From: Hemiscyllium ocellatum
Lineage: Eukaryota
NCBI RefSeq assembly: GCF_020745735.1
Contig: NC_083409.1
Coordinates: 6,809,534 to 6,873,533 of the forward strand
Direction: 5' to 3'
DNA length: 64,000 nucleotides
Shown here: piece by piece, positions 13,780 to 25,890 of the stretch
How positions within the stretch are numbered: the first letter of the stretch is position 1
How the letters are laid out: each line of letters opens with the position of its first letter
Position numbers and translations under genes: made by a program
Notes under the pieces: model-generated
The model's database searches: none
What the model was told of the DNA's origin: nothing
The model's input: only the letters and a program-made list of their open reading frames with translations

Positions 13780-14369
13780 TTCAGATTTCTCCAGCGTCCT
13801 CATTTCCCCTCCCCCCACCTTGTCTCAGTCGGTTCCCTCAACTCAGCACCGCCCTCCTAACCTGCAATCCTCTTCCTGACCTCTCCGCCCCCACCCCACT
13901 CCGGCCTATCACCCTCACCTTGACCTCCTTCCACCTATCCCACCTCCATCGCCCCTCCCCCTAGTCCCTCCTCCCTACCTTTTATCTCAGCCGGCTTGGC
14001 TCTCTCTCTCTTATTCCTGATCAGTGAGTCCCTCTCTCACTGCAGGTCATCTCCTCTGCACAGAAGCTCTTCAGCCACGTTCTCAAACAGACCCGTTCAT
14101 CTTCCGCCTGGGAACCCTCCAACCACAAGGTATGAATTCAGATTTCTCCAGCTTCCTCATTTCCCCTCCCCCCACCTTGGCTCAGTCGGTTCCCTCAACT
14201 CAGCACCGCCCTCCTAACCTGCAATCCTCTTCCTGACCTCTCCGCCCCCACCCCACACCGGCCTATCACCCTCACCTTGACCTCCTTCCACCTATCCCAC
14301 CTCCATCGCCCCTCCCCCTAGTCCCTCCTCCCTACTTTTTATCTCAGCCGGCTTGGCTCTCTCTCTCTT

Positions 14370-14404
14370 ATTCCTGATGAAGGGCTTATGCGAAACGTCG
14401 AATT
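14370..14404 (+). ncRNA. Minimal hammerhead ribozyme motif (PLE type), stem II damaged
   Basis: ATTC-CTGATGA-A-GGGCTTATGC-GAAAC-GTC-GAAT. Core CUGAUGA/GAAA, GUC triplet, stem I ATTC/GAAT, palindromic ACGU in place of stem III. Confidence 0.6.
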
Positions 14405-14944
14405 CTCTATTCCTGAGATGCTGCCTAACCTGCTGTGCTCTGCTTCCTATCATCAAGACAGTGATAGAAAAGTATTTGTCTTTGGTTACGAATTAGTTTG
14501 GAGATAGGAGACAGAGAAGAGGGATAATGTGTGTGCTCTCCAATAAACAAAATGTGAATACTGGTGTCCCCAGGGATTTGTGCAGGGACCTCAGTATTTC
14601 ACGGTATTTCTCAATGACTTGGATGAAGGAATAGAGAGCCAATTATCCAAGATTGCTGACCACACTGAGTGAGGCAGCTTAGAGGAGTTTACAGAGATCG
14701 GGAGGGTGGAGGGCAGAGAGGGATTTGAGAACGATGAGAATTTGAAAATCGAGGTGTTGCTAGAACAGGAGCCAATACAGGCACGGGATGCAGGGGTATG
14801 TGGGAACGGGAGTTGGTGCAAGTTTGGATTCAGGCAGCAGAATTTTGGATGACCTGCAGGATACGGAGGGCAGTGGCTGTGATGTGTGTCAGCCACAACA
14901 TTGGAATGGTCATGTTTGGAGTCCCATAAACATGGCTGAGATTT

Positions 14945-15080
14945 TCAGTGCTGAAAGTGTGTTGCTGGAAAAGCGCAGCAGGTTAGGCAGCATCCTTGGA
15001 TGCTGCTGGACCCGCTGCGCTTTTCCACCAAAACACTTTCAGCTGTGACCTCCAGCATCTGCAGACCTCACTTTCTCCTC
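14945..15080. mobile_element. Short fold-back of Penelope-type tail
   Basis: CTGAAAGTGTGTTGCTGGAAAAGCGCAGCAGGTTAGGCAGCATCC is inverted as GGATGCTGCTGGACCCGCTGCGCTTTTCCACCAAAACACTTTCAG. Confidence 0.7.
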
Positions 15081-17509
15081 TGAGATTTTCAGTGGCTGAT
15101 CTTAGTGATATGAAGCATATGGGTCTTAGATCATTCTCAAAGATGAGACCCAGTTTGTAAAGAGTCTGGTTGAGCAGCAGACAGTGCTCAGGGAGAGGGA
15201 TGGAGTTTATACCAGGATCTGAAAAGGATGGTTTTGATCTTCCCAATGTGTTTCCCAGTGAGCCTGGCTGCTCAGTCCTGACTGCTCTTAGCTGCTGTGA
15301 TTGTCACTGATCAGACACTTATTATTAGAGATTCTGACCACAGCAGAAAGCCCCAGTGTAAAAAAAATAACTGCAAAGACTGTCAGATCGCAAGGTTGAA
15401 ACTTCACCAAAAGAGGAAGCGAAAGAAGGAGCTCGGAGCAGCTGGACGTTTGTTACTGAGACGGGAGAAAACTGTGAACCATCTGCACTCCCTGGAATCT
15501 GACAGCACAGGAGGCTTGTTCTGGAACTTTTTTTCAGAAACAGCACAGTTTTGGGAAAAAAAAGTGTCAATCACTCTCTCACAAACACACACGCCTTCAC
15601 TCGGAGATTAGAAACAGAATCCAGCAGCAGCTCTGTCTCCTAGCTGTGAAATCAGCACAGAATTTTTCCTTCATTCAGTTTATAACTGGCAGGATAGATC
15701 AAGCAGGGGAGGCAATACAGTAGTGTGTACAGTCAGAAAGGAGTTACCCTGGGAGACCTCACCGTTAACTATGGAACCCATGGAGCCTCATGACAGCAGG
15801 TCAAACATGGGGAAGGAAACCTCCTGCTGATTACCACATAGCATGGCCCTCCCCTCCAACCTCAACTGAGCAGTCAGTCCTCCTCCATGTTGAACAACAC
15901 ATGGAGGAAGCACGGAGGATGGGAATGATTCAAGATATTCTGAGTGAGGGACTTCAAAGTCGACCGTCAAGAGCTGCTCAGAAGCATCACTACTGAGCAC
16001 GCTGGTCAAGTTCCACCTGATTCAGCTGCTAGACCAGACCTGGGGCAGGTGGTGAGGAAACCAACAAGAGGGAAACACATGCTCACTATCACCCTCACCA
16101 ATCTGGCTGCTGCTGGTGTATCTGTCCATGACAGTATCAGTAAGAGTGACCACCGCACAGTCCGTGTGGAGTCAAAACCCTGTCTTCACATTGAGATTAC
16201 CTTCCATATTGTTGGGCAAGAGATATAGGATATCAGGAAGGACTTTACTTTTAGCAGTAATTGGTAATGACTTGGAAATCCATGCCCATTCACGTGAGGC
16301 AGGTGAAGACACTCAGTTATTTTAATGGCAGATTGGATGGGCTCTTGATGGAAATAAACCTGCAAGGCTCTGGGGGTCGAGTAGAGGAGGGGGTGAGACT
16401 GACTGGATTGCTGTATGAAATGACAGCATTTCCCTGACAGGCTGAATGTTCTCCCCCTGTGCTGGAAATAGATCTCACTCAATGAGGGGTTCACAATTAG
16501 AGGGTCTGAATGCAGTAAATACAGGACAAATTGTTTCTCCAGGCAGGAGGGTCAGTAACCAGAGGGCACACATTTCAGAAAGGGTCTGAAGCACAAGAGA
16601 GTAAAAAAGGAACATTTTTATCCAGCGAGTTCATGATGACTGTCTGCAAGGTGAGTGGAAGTGGATCCAACAGCACCTTTCAAAAGGGCATTTGGAGAAA
16701 TAGCTGAAAATGAAACAATTACAGGGTTATACAGGAAGGGCAGGGTAAATGGGACTCCATGGACTAAGTTGACTAGCAGTCACAATCAGCCCAGTGACAT
16801 CTGTCTGTGCTGTATAAAAGCTTACACACACTTAGACTCACCTTTACACAAAGACTGGGAGAAACAGACAACCCAGTTCACAGAAGAGTGTTTTCTCAAG
16901 CAAAACACTCTTGAACCAAATCAGGGCACAGGCCAGACTAGATTTACTGATGAGGAAAAATTCAGCAAATCAATGGCAAGGGAACAGTGAACCAAAAGTG
17001 ATTGGATTGAAGAGTATAATCAATAGCACAACCATTGAGAGGGGGAAGGATGAAGGACAGGAGGTCAGAGTGAATGCTGCAGGGGTCTGAAGGCTCTGCT
17101 GTCAATGGTGGGATGGAGCAAGCAGCAATAGGCAGGAGACCAGAGACAGAAGATGGAAGGGGGAGGGTGGGAATGTGGGTCTGCAGCAGGACACAGACGG
17201 AGGGAGGAGGGAGACCATGGAGGCAATTGGCTGGCAGTGAGGTCAGGGGTCATTCTGGAATGACAGATAGGTGCGACAGGGAAGGGCCCACTCCATATCA
17301 GACAAATTGGAGTTTATGGAATATGACTTTAGGAAGCTGGGAGATGAAATTGGAATCATAGAGTTAGGGGGCAGGACGAGCAGGAATTAGGGTTTCTGTG
17401 GTTCAAGGGCCGAGGTAGTGCAGAGACAATGTTGTTGAGATTGAAATAAGAGGCATACGTGATGGAGATGATGTGGGGTTTGCAGCTCAGGTACTGGACA
17501 GTCCTGAGG

Positions 17510-19125
17510 GAAGTAGGTCCATGTTTATTGGTGTCTATTGGAGGTTCCAGTGGAAAGAGGTCCATGTTTACTGGTTCTATAGGAAATTAGCCCATGTATA
17601 CATCATCAAAGAGTCATAGAGGTTTACAGCATGGGATCAGGCTGTTTCGCTCAACTCATCCACGCCGACCAAATATCCAAAAGTGAACTAGTCCCATTTG
17701 CATGTGTTTGGGCCAATCCTCTCTAAATCCTTCCTATACATGTTCCTGTAAAAATGTCCTTGAAATATAGTAATTGCACTCACCTCTACGAATTCTTCTG
17801 GCAGCTCGTTACACATACACACTAACCTCTGTGTGAACGTGTTGCCTCTCAGTTTCTTTCTAATTCTTTACCCTCTCAACTTCAATCTACTCCTACTAGT
17901 ACTGGACACTCCTACCCTGGGGACAAGACATTGACTATTCACCTTGTCTATGACCCTCATGATTCTATAAACCTCTATAAGGTCACCCCTCAATCCCCTG
18001 CATTCTCTGGAAAAACATCTTGGCAGATTCATCCTCGTCTTGTAATTCAAATCCTCCAATCTTGGTAACATCCCTGTTAATCTTTCTTTTATTCAAACCA
18101 CTGTAATAACTTCCTTCCTATACCAGGATGAGCAGAAATACACTGTGTCCAAATGTGGCCTTCCCAATGCCTTGTACAGCTGTAACATGATGTCCCAGCT
18201 CCTGTACTCCCTGCTTTGACCAGTGAAGGTGAGCATGCCAAATACCTTCTTCACCAACCTGTCTACCTGTGACTCTACTTCCAAGGAACTATGTACCTGT
18301 ACCCCTCAGTCTCTCTGTTCAACAACACTCCCCATGGCTCTACCATTAATTGTGTAATTCCTGCCCTGGTTTGTCTTACCAAAATGCAACTCCTTCCATT
18401 TATCAAAATTTCCATCTGGATTTGTTGACCCACTGGCCCAGTTGATCAAGATGACATTTCACTCTTGGATAAGCTTCTTCCCTGTCCACTATGCCAACAA
18501 TTTTAATGTCAGCCACAAACTTACTGACCATTCCTTCTCATTCAAATTGTTCATATAAATGATGAACAACAGTGGATCCAGGATCGATTCTTGTGATAGA
18601 CAGTTGCTCACTGGCCTCCAGTCTGAATAACAATTCTCTCTCACCAGCCTCTGTCTCCTACAATCAGGCCAATTTTATATCCAATTGGCGAAATCTCTCT
18701 GGATCCTATGTGATATAATCTTGCTGAGCAGTCTACCATAGGGAACCTTGCAAAAGGCCTTGCTTAACTCCATGTAGACAGAGGGTACTACTCTACCTTT
18801 ACCTATCTTCTTGCTTACTTCTTCAAAAACTCAACCATCTACTCATTTCCATTGGAAGTTCCAGTGAATAGGAGGTCTATATTTACTGGTCTGTCCTGGA
18901 GGATCCAATCAGAAGGAGATCCATGTTTACTTGTCTGTATCGGTGGCTCCAGCATGAAGGAGGTCCATGTTTACTGGTCTCTACTGGACGATCCAGTCCG
19001 AAAGAGGTACATGTTTACTGGTCTCCTCTGGAGAGTCCAGTCAGAAGGACACCAATGTTTACTGTTCTCTAGTGGAGGCTCCTGCAGGAAGGAGGCCCAT
19101 GTTTACTGGACTCTGTAGGAGAGCC
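17510..19125 (+). repeat. 44-bp minisatellite (2 + 6 units) split by a CR1 insertion
   Basis: The (C)ATGTTTACT-type core recurs at 18878, 18922, 18966, 19010, 19054 and 19098 (exact 44-nt period) and at 17520 and 17563. Confidence 0.88.
17610..18830 (-). mobile_element. CR1 LINE 3' fragment
   Basis: GLRGDLIEVYRIMR, LYKALGRPHLD and an RT-like region on the minus strand. Confidence 0.85.
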
Positions 19126-20998
19126 CAGTGCATCATGGACTCCAACGTGAGTGTGGGGTTCAGTTCGTTCTGTAGTAACTGTGTAATAGTTCAACCCACA
19201 TCCCAGTAAAACTTAGAGACTGATCATGGAAAGGGAAGGAGAAAGGTAGGAGAGGGGAAGGGATTGGAAAATGTTGTGAATGAACAGGCTGGGACAGTGT
19301 GTCAGAGCCTGTCCTGTCCCTGCAGCTCACACTGATGGCCTGAGGATCTCCTCTGTCTGCTGGGCCATCATGAAATGAGGTTTGTGTCCAAACCAGTACC
19401 CAGTGAGACTAGGCTAACAGCACAGAACTGCCCTTCATTTTACAAGAATCTAGCCATCATTCTGAGAGAGGCCAAACACAGGTCAATGTGGAAAATGGAG
19501 CCTTACTCCAGGAGAAAACATGTTTCTGGGGTCAAGGGTTAGCATCCATGAGTGGGGCAGAGAGAGGGAGATTCATCCTGAATTCAACTGCCACAACCTG
19601 GGACACTGTGAGAGAGAGAGAGAAAAATGAGTCAGAGACAAAGGGTGAGTGTCTGTACGTGTGTGTGTGAGACAGAGAGAGAGAGAGAGAAAGTAAGAGA
19701 CATGAGTATGATTAGAGACAGAATGACAGAGAGGGAGGGAGTGCGACTGTAGATTGGGAATAAAAAGGGGAGGGGGAGAGACAGAGGGACGTACAGAGAG
19801 GAGAGATAACAGACGATTGAAGCGAGAGAGGGAGGGAGTTATGGAGACAGTGAGAGATGGAAAAATAAAGATTAGGAGATGGAGTGAGAAAGCGTGCGTG
19901 AGTTGGGGAGAGTGGCTATGAGACAGAGTGAGAGCGAGAGTTAGACAACATGAAAGAGATTAACAGTAGGTGAGAGAGGGATAGAGAGAAAGAAGTGGTA
20001 GATGTGAGACAGAGAGAGAGAGAGGTGGATAGGCCCTGGTCACCACATTCTGGGAAGGATGTGATTGTACATGAGAGGGTGCAGAGATTTACCAGGATGC
20101 TGCCTGGGATGGAGGATCAGCTGTGGGGAAATCTTGGAACGGTTGGGAATGTTTCCTTGGAGCAGTGAAGGCTGAGAGGGGACATGATAGAGGGGGATAA
20201 GATTATTTGGTGCAGTGATAGGGTGGGTAAGAAGGCACTTTATACATCAGTAAAGGACTCAATAACCTGTGTCCCAGGTAACACAGACATGCACACATAG
20301 AAACTCGGAACTGGAGCAGGCCATTAGGCCCTTTGAGTCTGCTCTGTCATTCAGTATAATCATGGCTGATCCTCCATCTCAAAACCATATTCCTGCTTTC
20401 TCCCCATTCCCTTCATGCTGTTAAAATGCAAAACAATTATCTCTCTCTTTTTCTTGAATTTATTCAGTTCCTTGGGTTCCACAGTTGTCCTACCCTTTGA
20501 GTGAAGAAATGTTTCCTCGTCTCAGCCCTAGATGGTCTACCCTGTATCTCCCTGAGCCTGGGTCCCCTGGTTGCAGACTCCCCAACCAGGGGAATCCTCC
20601 TCCCTGAACAACCCTGTTAGAATTTTATACATTTCAATCAAATTCCTCTCATCCTTCTGAACTTGAGTGAGTCCAGGCCCAGTCAAATTGGAGTGAGAGG
20701 AGAGTTGAGGAGAAATGTTTTCACCCAGAGGGTGGTAGGAGTCTGGAACTCACTGCCTGAAAGGCTGGTTGAGTCACAAACTCTCGTGATATTGGAGCAG
20801 TGTTTAGATATTCACTCGTGTTGCTGTAACCTCCAGGATAATGGTCCAAGAGCTGGAGGATGGGATTAGTGTCATCAGATCATTGTTTATTCACACAGAC
20901 ACAATGGGCCAAATGTCCTCATTCAATGTTGTTCACATTGATGATTCTTTGAGAGAAAGAGAGAGAGAGAGAGAGAGACAAGGGGAAGTGTGAGGAGC

Positions 20999-21078
20999 TG
21001 ACGTGGCTCTCTCTGCCTTATGCCATTTACATACTGAGGAACACCCAGTCAGACTCTCACAGGCTGCAGCTTTATAAA
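20999..21078 (+). promoter_or_regulatory. V2 promoter: CRE-like site, octamer variant, TATA
   Basis: TGACGTGG about 20999, ATTTACAT 21025-21032, TTTATAAA 21071-21078, ATG at 21139. Confidence 0.75.
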
Positions 21079-21138
21079 GCAGAGTCCAGTGAAGGGAGAG
21101 TTTATCAGGAAACAGGCACAGGGACTGGAGCACACACC

Positions 21139-21632
21139 ATGAATTCATATATCCAGCTGATCTGGCCCCTGGCGTTCTGTGTCGCAGATACAAATCTCTC
21201 TCCTTCCACCTTGAATCTTTATCAGCTCTCCATTTCACTCCAATTCCACTGACTTGTGATTGAAGGGAAAATGCTGAAACCAGGGGAATGCACAGTGTCT
21301 CCAACAATCTCTCATTAGACTGGCTCTTTCTGTGACAGTTCTGACTTCACTGTTTTTCTCTCTGACCCCTCAGGTATCAGTGGGGGCATCATCATGACCC
21401 AGTCTCCCCCGGTGCTGTCAGTGGGACTGGGCCAGATCGCAACCATCACCTGTGTGGCCAGTCAAAGCATTAGCAGCTACCTTACTTGGTACCAGCAGCG
21501 AGAAGGTCAGAAACCCTCTCTCCTGATCTATGCTGCAGCAACTCGATTCACAGGAGTCTCCGATCAATTCACCGGCAGTGGATCAGGGACCAGTTTCACC
21601 CTGACAATCAGCAACGTTCAGAATGAGGATGT
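21139..21632 (+). pseudogene. Ig kappa V pseudogene (leader 21139-21187; V exon 21374-21632, 3'-truncated)
   Basis: Leader MNSYIQLIWPLAFCVA(G) is followed by AT instead of GT (21188-21189). V reads [83 protein letters not shown], then unrelated sequence and TAA at 21652-21654. No YYC and no RSS. Confidence 0.92.
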
Positions 21633-22079
21633 AACCTCAATCCTCCGTTATTAACCCTGTCACTACTGAAACACAATTTCTAAACCACAAATGCTGAATT
21701 GTTGAAGGTGTTAGTGGGAAGCTGCAGTGAATGAAATGGTTGATTGAGGAGCACTGTGTCTAACAGGGTGTCCAGCTCTATTTCTTTAATTCCATTGCCC
21801 CGCTTAAGCAGCAAGACAGAAGTCAGTAAGCTTTACTCACTGTGTGGAGGAGCTCTGTCCATTTGCAGCCTGTGGTCCCATTCCTGCAGCATGGAGTGAA
21901 ATCAGTGAGTAGCCTCCTGCCAGTCTCAATGTGACAGACACAGTCAGAATTTAATGTGAGCTCTGGCTACCTGTCCCCGTCTCTGATCTCACTGACCTCA
22001 GCAGCAGCAGCAGCAGCTGCACAGTGAGAAACCGAGCTCCCACCTCCCCCAGCTTTAACTCTGTTCAATCACTGAATTT

Positions 22080-24480
22080 TCACAGTGCCCAAGGAGGCCA
22101 TTCTGTCCATCTTGTCTGTACTGGCTCTCTGAATGTGCAATTCACTGAGTGTCATTCTCCTGCCTTCTTACTGTCACCCTTCACATTGTTCCTTTTCAAA
22201 TAATAGTCTCATTCCCTTTGGAATGTTTTAATTGAAGCTGCCTCCACCACACTCTCAGGCAGTGCATTCCACACCTTAACCACCCACTGGCTGAAAATGT
22301 TGTTCCCCATCTCACTTTTGTTACTTCCCCTAACTGCTTTCAATCTGTGGTCTCTTGGTCTGAATCCTTTCTTAATTGGGAACATTTTCTCCCTATTTAC
22401 CCTGTCCAGGCCCCTCCTGGTTTTAAAGCATCGAACAAATCTCCTCTCAGCCTTCTCCAAAGAAGACAGTCCCAAATTCTCCAATCAAACTTCATAACTG
22501 ATGTTCCTCATCCCTGGAATGGTCTTTGGGAACATTTTTTGCCATTGCTACAAAACATTCGCCTTCTTCCAGAATTCTTCACGTTATGTATGTCCCTCAT
22601 GATTTTCCAAACCTCTACAAGGTCACTCCTCAGAACCTTCCGCTTCAGGGTAAGAAGTCTCAGCTTTTCCAGCCGCTCATAGTCATGGAGTCATACCACG
22701 TGGAAACAGACATTTCAGTCCAACTTGTCCATGCTAACCAAATATCCTAAACTGATCTCATCCCATTTGCCAGTATTTGGCTTACATCTCTTGAAACTCA
22801 ACCTATTCATGTACCCATACCGATGTGTTTTAAATAATATAACTGTATCTGTCTCCAACGCTTTCTCTGGCAGCTCAATCCAGACACGCACCACCCTCTG
22901 TGTGACAAGTTACCCCTCAGGTCCCTTTTGAATCTTTTGCCTCTCACCTTAAACTTATGTCCTCTTGTTTTGGACTCCATTTCTCACAGAAAATACCTTG
23001 GATATACACCCTGTCCATGCCCCTCATGGTTTTATAAACATCTATAAGGTCACCCTGAGGCCTTAGATGCTGCAGGGAATATAGCCTCAGTTTCTTCAGC
23101 CTTTGCATACAGCTCAAACCCTCCAAATCCTGGCCACATTCTTGTAAATCTTTTCTGCAGCTTTTTAAGTTTAACAACATCCTTCCTATCTCAGGATGAT
23201 CAGAATTGTTCACATCATTCCAAAAGTGGCCACACCAATCTCCTGAACTGCTGCACCATGATGTTCCAACTCCTCTAATCAATACAGTGATGAACAAAAG
23301 CAAGCAAACCAAACACATTCTTCATCACCCTGTCTACCTGTGACCCCACTTTCAAGGAATAATGTACCTGCATCTTCACCCCGAGGTCTGTTATTCAGCA
23401 ACACTCCACAGGGCCCTTCCATTCACTGTATAACTTCTGCCCTCGTTTGCCTTTCCAAAATGCAACATCTCACATTTATCTAAACTGAATTCCATTTGCC
23501 ACACCTCTGCCCATTCTCCCATCTGATCAAGGTCCCTCTGTACCCTGAGATAATCTTCTTCACTTTCCACTGTCCCACCAATTTTGGTGTCATTTACAAA
23601 CTTATCGTAACTCCTATATTCACATCTAAATCATTTCTTTAAATGATGAAAAGTATTTGTAGACGCAGCACCAATCCTTGTGGCACACAGCTATTCACAG
23701 ATCTCCAGTCTGAAAAGCAACCTTTTACCACCACTCTCTGTCACCTATCTTCAAGCCAATGTTTTGACTCCAATGGCTCACTCCAATGGATCCCATGTGG
23801 TCTAACCTCACTAACTAGTGTATCATGCGGAATCTTGTCAAACACTTTACTCTGAAGTCCATATTGACAATGTCTACTGTTCTGTCTTCATCAATCCTTT
23901 TTGTCACCTCCTGAATCAAATTCAGGAGACATGATTTCCTGTGCACAAAACCACACTGATTATCCAAACGATGCAAATCATGTCCCACAGAATCCACTCC
24001 GACATCTTAACCAGCACTGACATCAGGCTCACTGGTCTATAGTTCCCTCGCTTTTCCTTACAGCCTTTCTGAAATAATGGCATAGTCTTAGTCAACATCT
24101 CTGTTTCTCCAGCACCTTATCCATGGTTGTCAGTGATACACATATCTCAGCAAGGGTCCAATCAATCTCTTCTCTGGTTTCCCAAAATGTTCTAGGATAC
24201 ACCTGATCAGGTCCTAGGGTTTATCTACCTTTATGTATTTTAAGATCTTTAGCGTCTACTCATTTGTATGCGGGCTCTTTTCAAGACATCACCATTTTTC
24301 CAAATTCCCTAGCTTTCCCCACAATATATCCTGACCAAAAATAGACCCATCCCTTGTGTCTTACCAAAATACAGCACTCACATTTATCTGAATTAAACTC
24401 CATCTGCCATTCCTCAGCCCACCGGCCCAGTTGGTCAAGATTCCATTGTATTCGTAGACAGCCCTCTTCACTGCCAATGA
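22080..24480 (-). mobile_element. Stacked CR1 LINE fragments
   Basis: FSQWVVKVWNALPE, GDLIDVYKTMRGMDR and KSCLLNLIQEVTKRIDE on the minus strand. Confidence 0.8.
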
Positions 24481-24800
24481 TTAGATTAGATTCTCCACAG
24501 TGTGTAAACAGGCCCTTCGGCCCAACAAGTATACACTGATCCTCCGAAGAGTAATCCATCCAGACCCATTTCCCTCTCAGCAATGTGTCTAACATTATGG
24601 ACAATTTAGCATGGCCAATTCACCTGACCTGCACATCTTTGAACTGTGGAAGGAAACCAGAGCACCCGAAGGAAAAACATGCAGACACAGGGAGAACGTG
24701 CAAACTCCACGCAGACAGTCACCCAAGGCTGGAATCGAACCTGGGACCCTAGTACTATGAGGCTGCAGTGCTAACTACTGAGCCACTATGCCAACCCGAA
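24480..24800 (-). mobile_element. HE1-like V-SINE
   Basis: Same head, V-domain and tail as the other copies. Confidence 0.82.
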
Positions 24801-25299
24801 CCCCCCACTTCACTCCACCGAACCACCACTAAGCCACCAATGCCACATGAAAATTAACCTAAACACACTCTTGCCACTCTGCTCACTATATTCAGAAACT
24901 AAAGATCCCCCCGCCCCCTGCCCCATTTATAACGGCTCTATCATATTTGCAGGTCTCTGTAAATTCCTTGCATTTGTATTCCTCCACATCCTTCCCACTG
25001 GGTGTTGACCTATTGACTGCTCTGAGGATTTTGTGGTCCTTGGTGTTCCTCTCTGATATTCGCCCCTGGCTCCCACACCCCTGCCAAGTTAGTTTAAACC
25101 CTCTCTAACAGTAGTAAACCACCTCACAAGAATCTAAAGCCCTCCCTCATGGATACTCTTTCCAGCCCAGCAGTCACCTGTGTTCACCTCCTGATTGTAT
25201 TCTCACTTGTGTGGGGTGCTGAAAATGTGTTGCTGGAAAAGCGCAGCAGGTCAGGCAGCATCCAAAGAGCGCAAGAGTTGACGTTTTGGGCCTGAGACC

Positions 25300-25890
25300 T
25301 TCTTCACTTGTGTGGGGCACTGGGAGTAATCTGGAGATTCTTACTTTCGAGTTCCTGCTCCTAATTAGCAGCAGGAACTCAAAAGCAGGAACCTGCAGAT
25401 TACTTAAAAGTAGGAAGCTCCAAAACTTCCCTCTGCAGGACCTCATCCCTTTCCTCCCTCTGTCACTGGGACTGATGTGGACCACGACTGCTGCCTGTTC
25501 CCTCTCTCCCCTGAGGATGTTCTGCAGCTGCTCAGTGATATCCTTGACCCTGGAACCAGAGAGACAACACACCATCCTGGATTCCCAACTGCAGCTGCAG
25601 AAACACCTATTGACTACCCTCACTCTCCATTCTCCTCTCACTATCACTCTTCCAGTCTTCGTTGTGCCCCCTGTACAGCTGGGCCCCGCCCCATGGTGCC
25701 AGGGACTTCGCCCTGGGTACACTCCCCAAATGAACCGTCATTCTCATCAGGATTCTGAACTGAATCCTGGTTGTAGAGTAGGATGTCTGGGGATTCCTGT
25801 ACTGGCTGCCTGGTCCTTTTGGACTGTCTGCTGCTCCACCATTCCCTATCTCCCTGCATACTCTAAAGCTGCGGAGTGAACACATCTAGA
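25300..25890 (-). mobile_element. CR1 ORF1 esterase-domain fragment
   Basis: ESRMVCCLSGSRVKDITEQLQNILRGEREQAAVVVHI is typical of the SGNH-esterase ORF1 of CR1. Confidence 0.7.

Larger units (their letters stand above)
13256..14437. mobile_element. Composite Penelope-like element insertion with 14-bp TSD
   Basis: Inverted tail 13256-13630, 27-bp unit x5, direct tails 13766-14020 and 14021-14437. ORF end LIFRLGTLQPQGMNSDFSSF. Flanked by CTCTGCTTCCTATC at 13242-13255 and 14438-14451. Confidence 0.85.
14475..21564. repeat. Right arm of inverted segmental duplication (V2 plus upstream)
   Basis: Reverse-complement homology to 1-6095, with arm-specific insertions (CR1 17610-18830, 44-bp array). 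Confidence 0.88.

Noticed and set aside
13506-13879. Overlapping ORFs with 9-aa repeats on both strands
   Set aside because: They are by-products of the 27-bp tandem repeat and the inverted PLE tails.
18855-19125. Repeat-spacer look of the 44-bp array (CRISPR-like)
   Set aside because: Vertebrate DNA, the 'spacers' are homologous to each other, and there are no cas genes. It is a diverged minisatellite.
21394-21654. ORF-track call as an intact V
   Set aside because: Lacks the second Cys, CDR3 and RSS, and the leader donor is mutated. Annotated as a pseudogene.
21752-22087. Heptamers CACTGTG (21752), CACAGTG (22020, 22081) downstream of V2
   Set aside because: No nonamer at 12 or 23 nt spacing and no FGxG J sequence adjacent.
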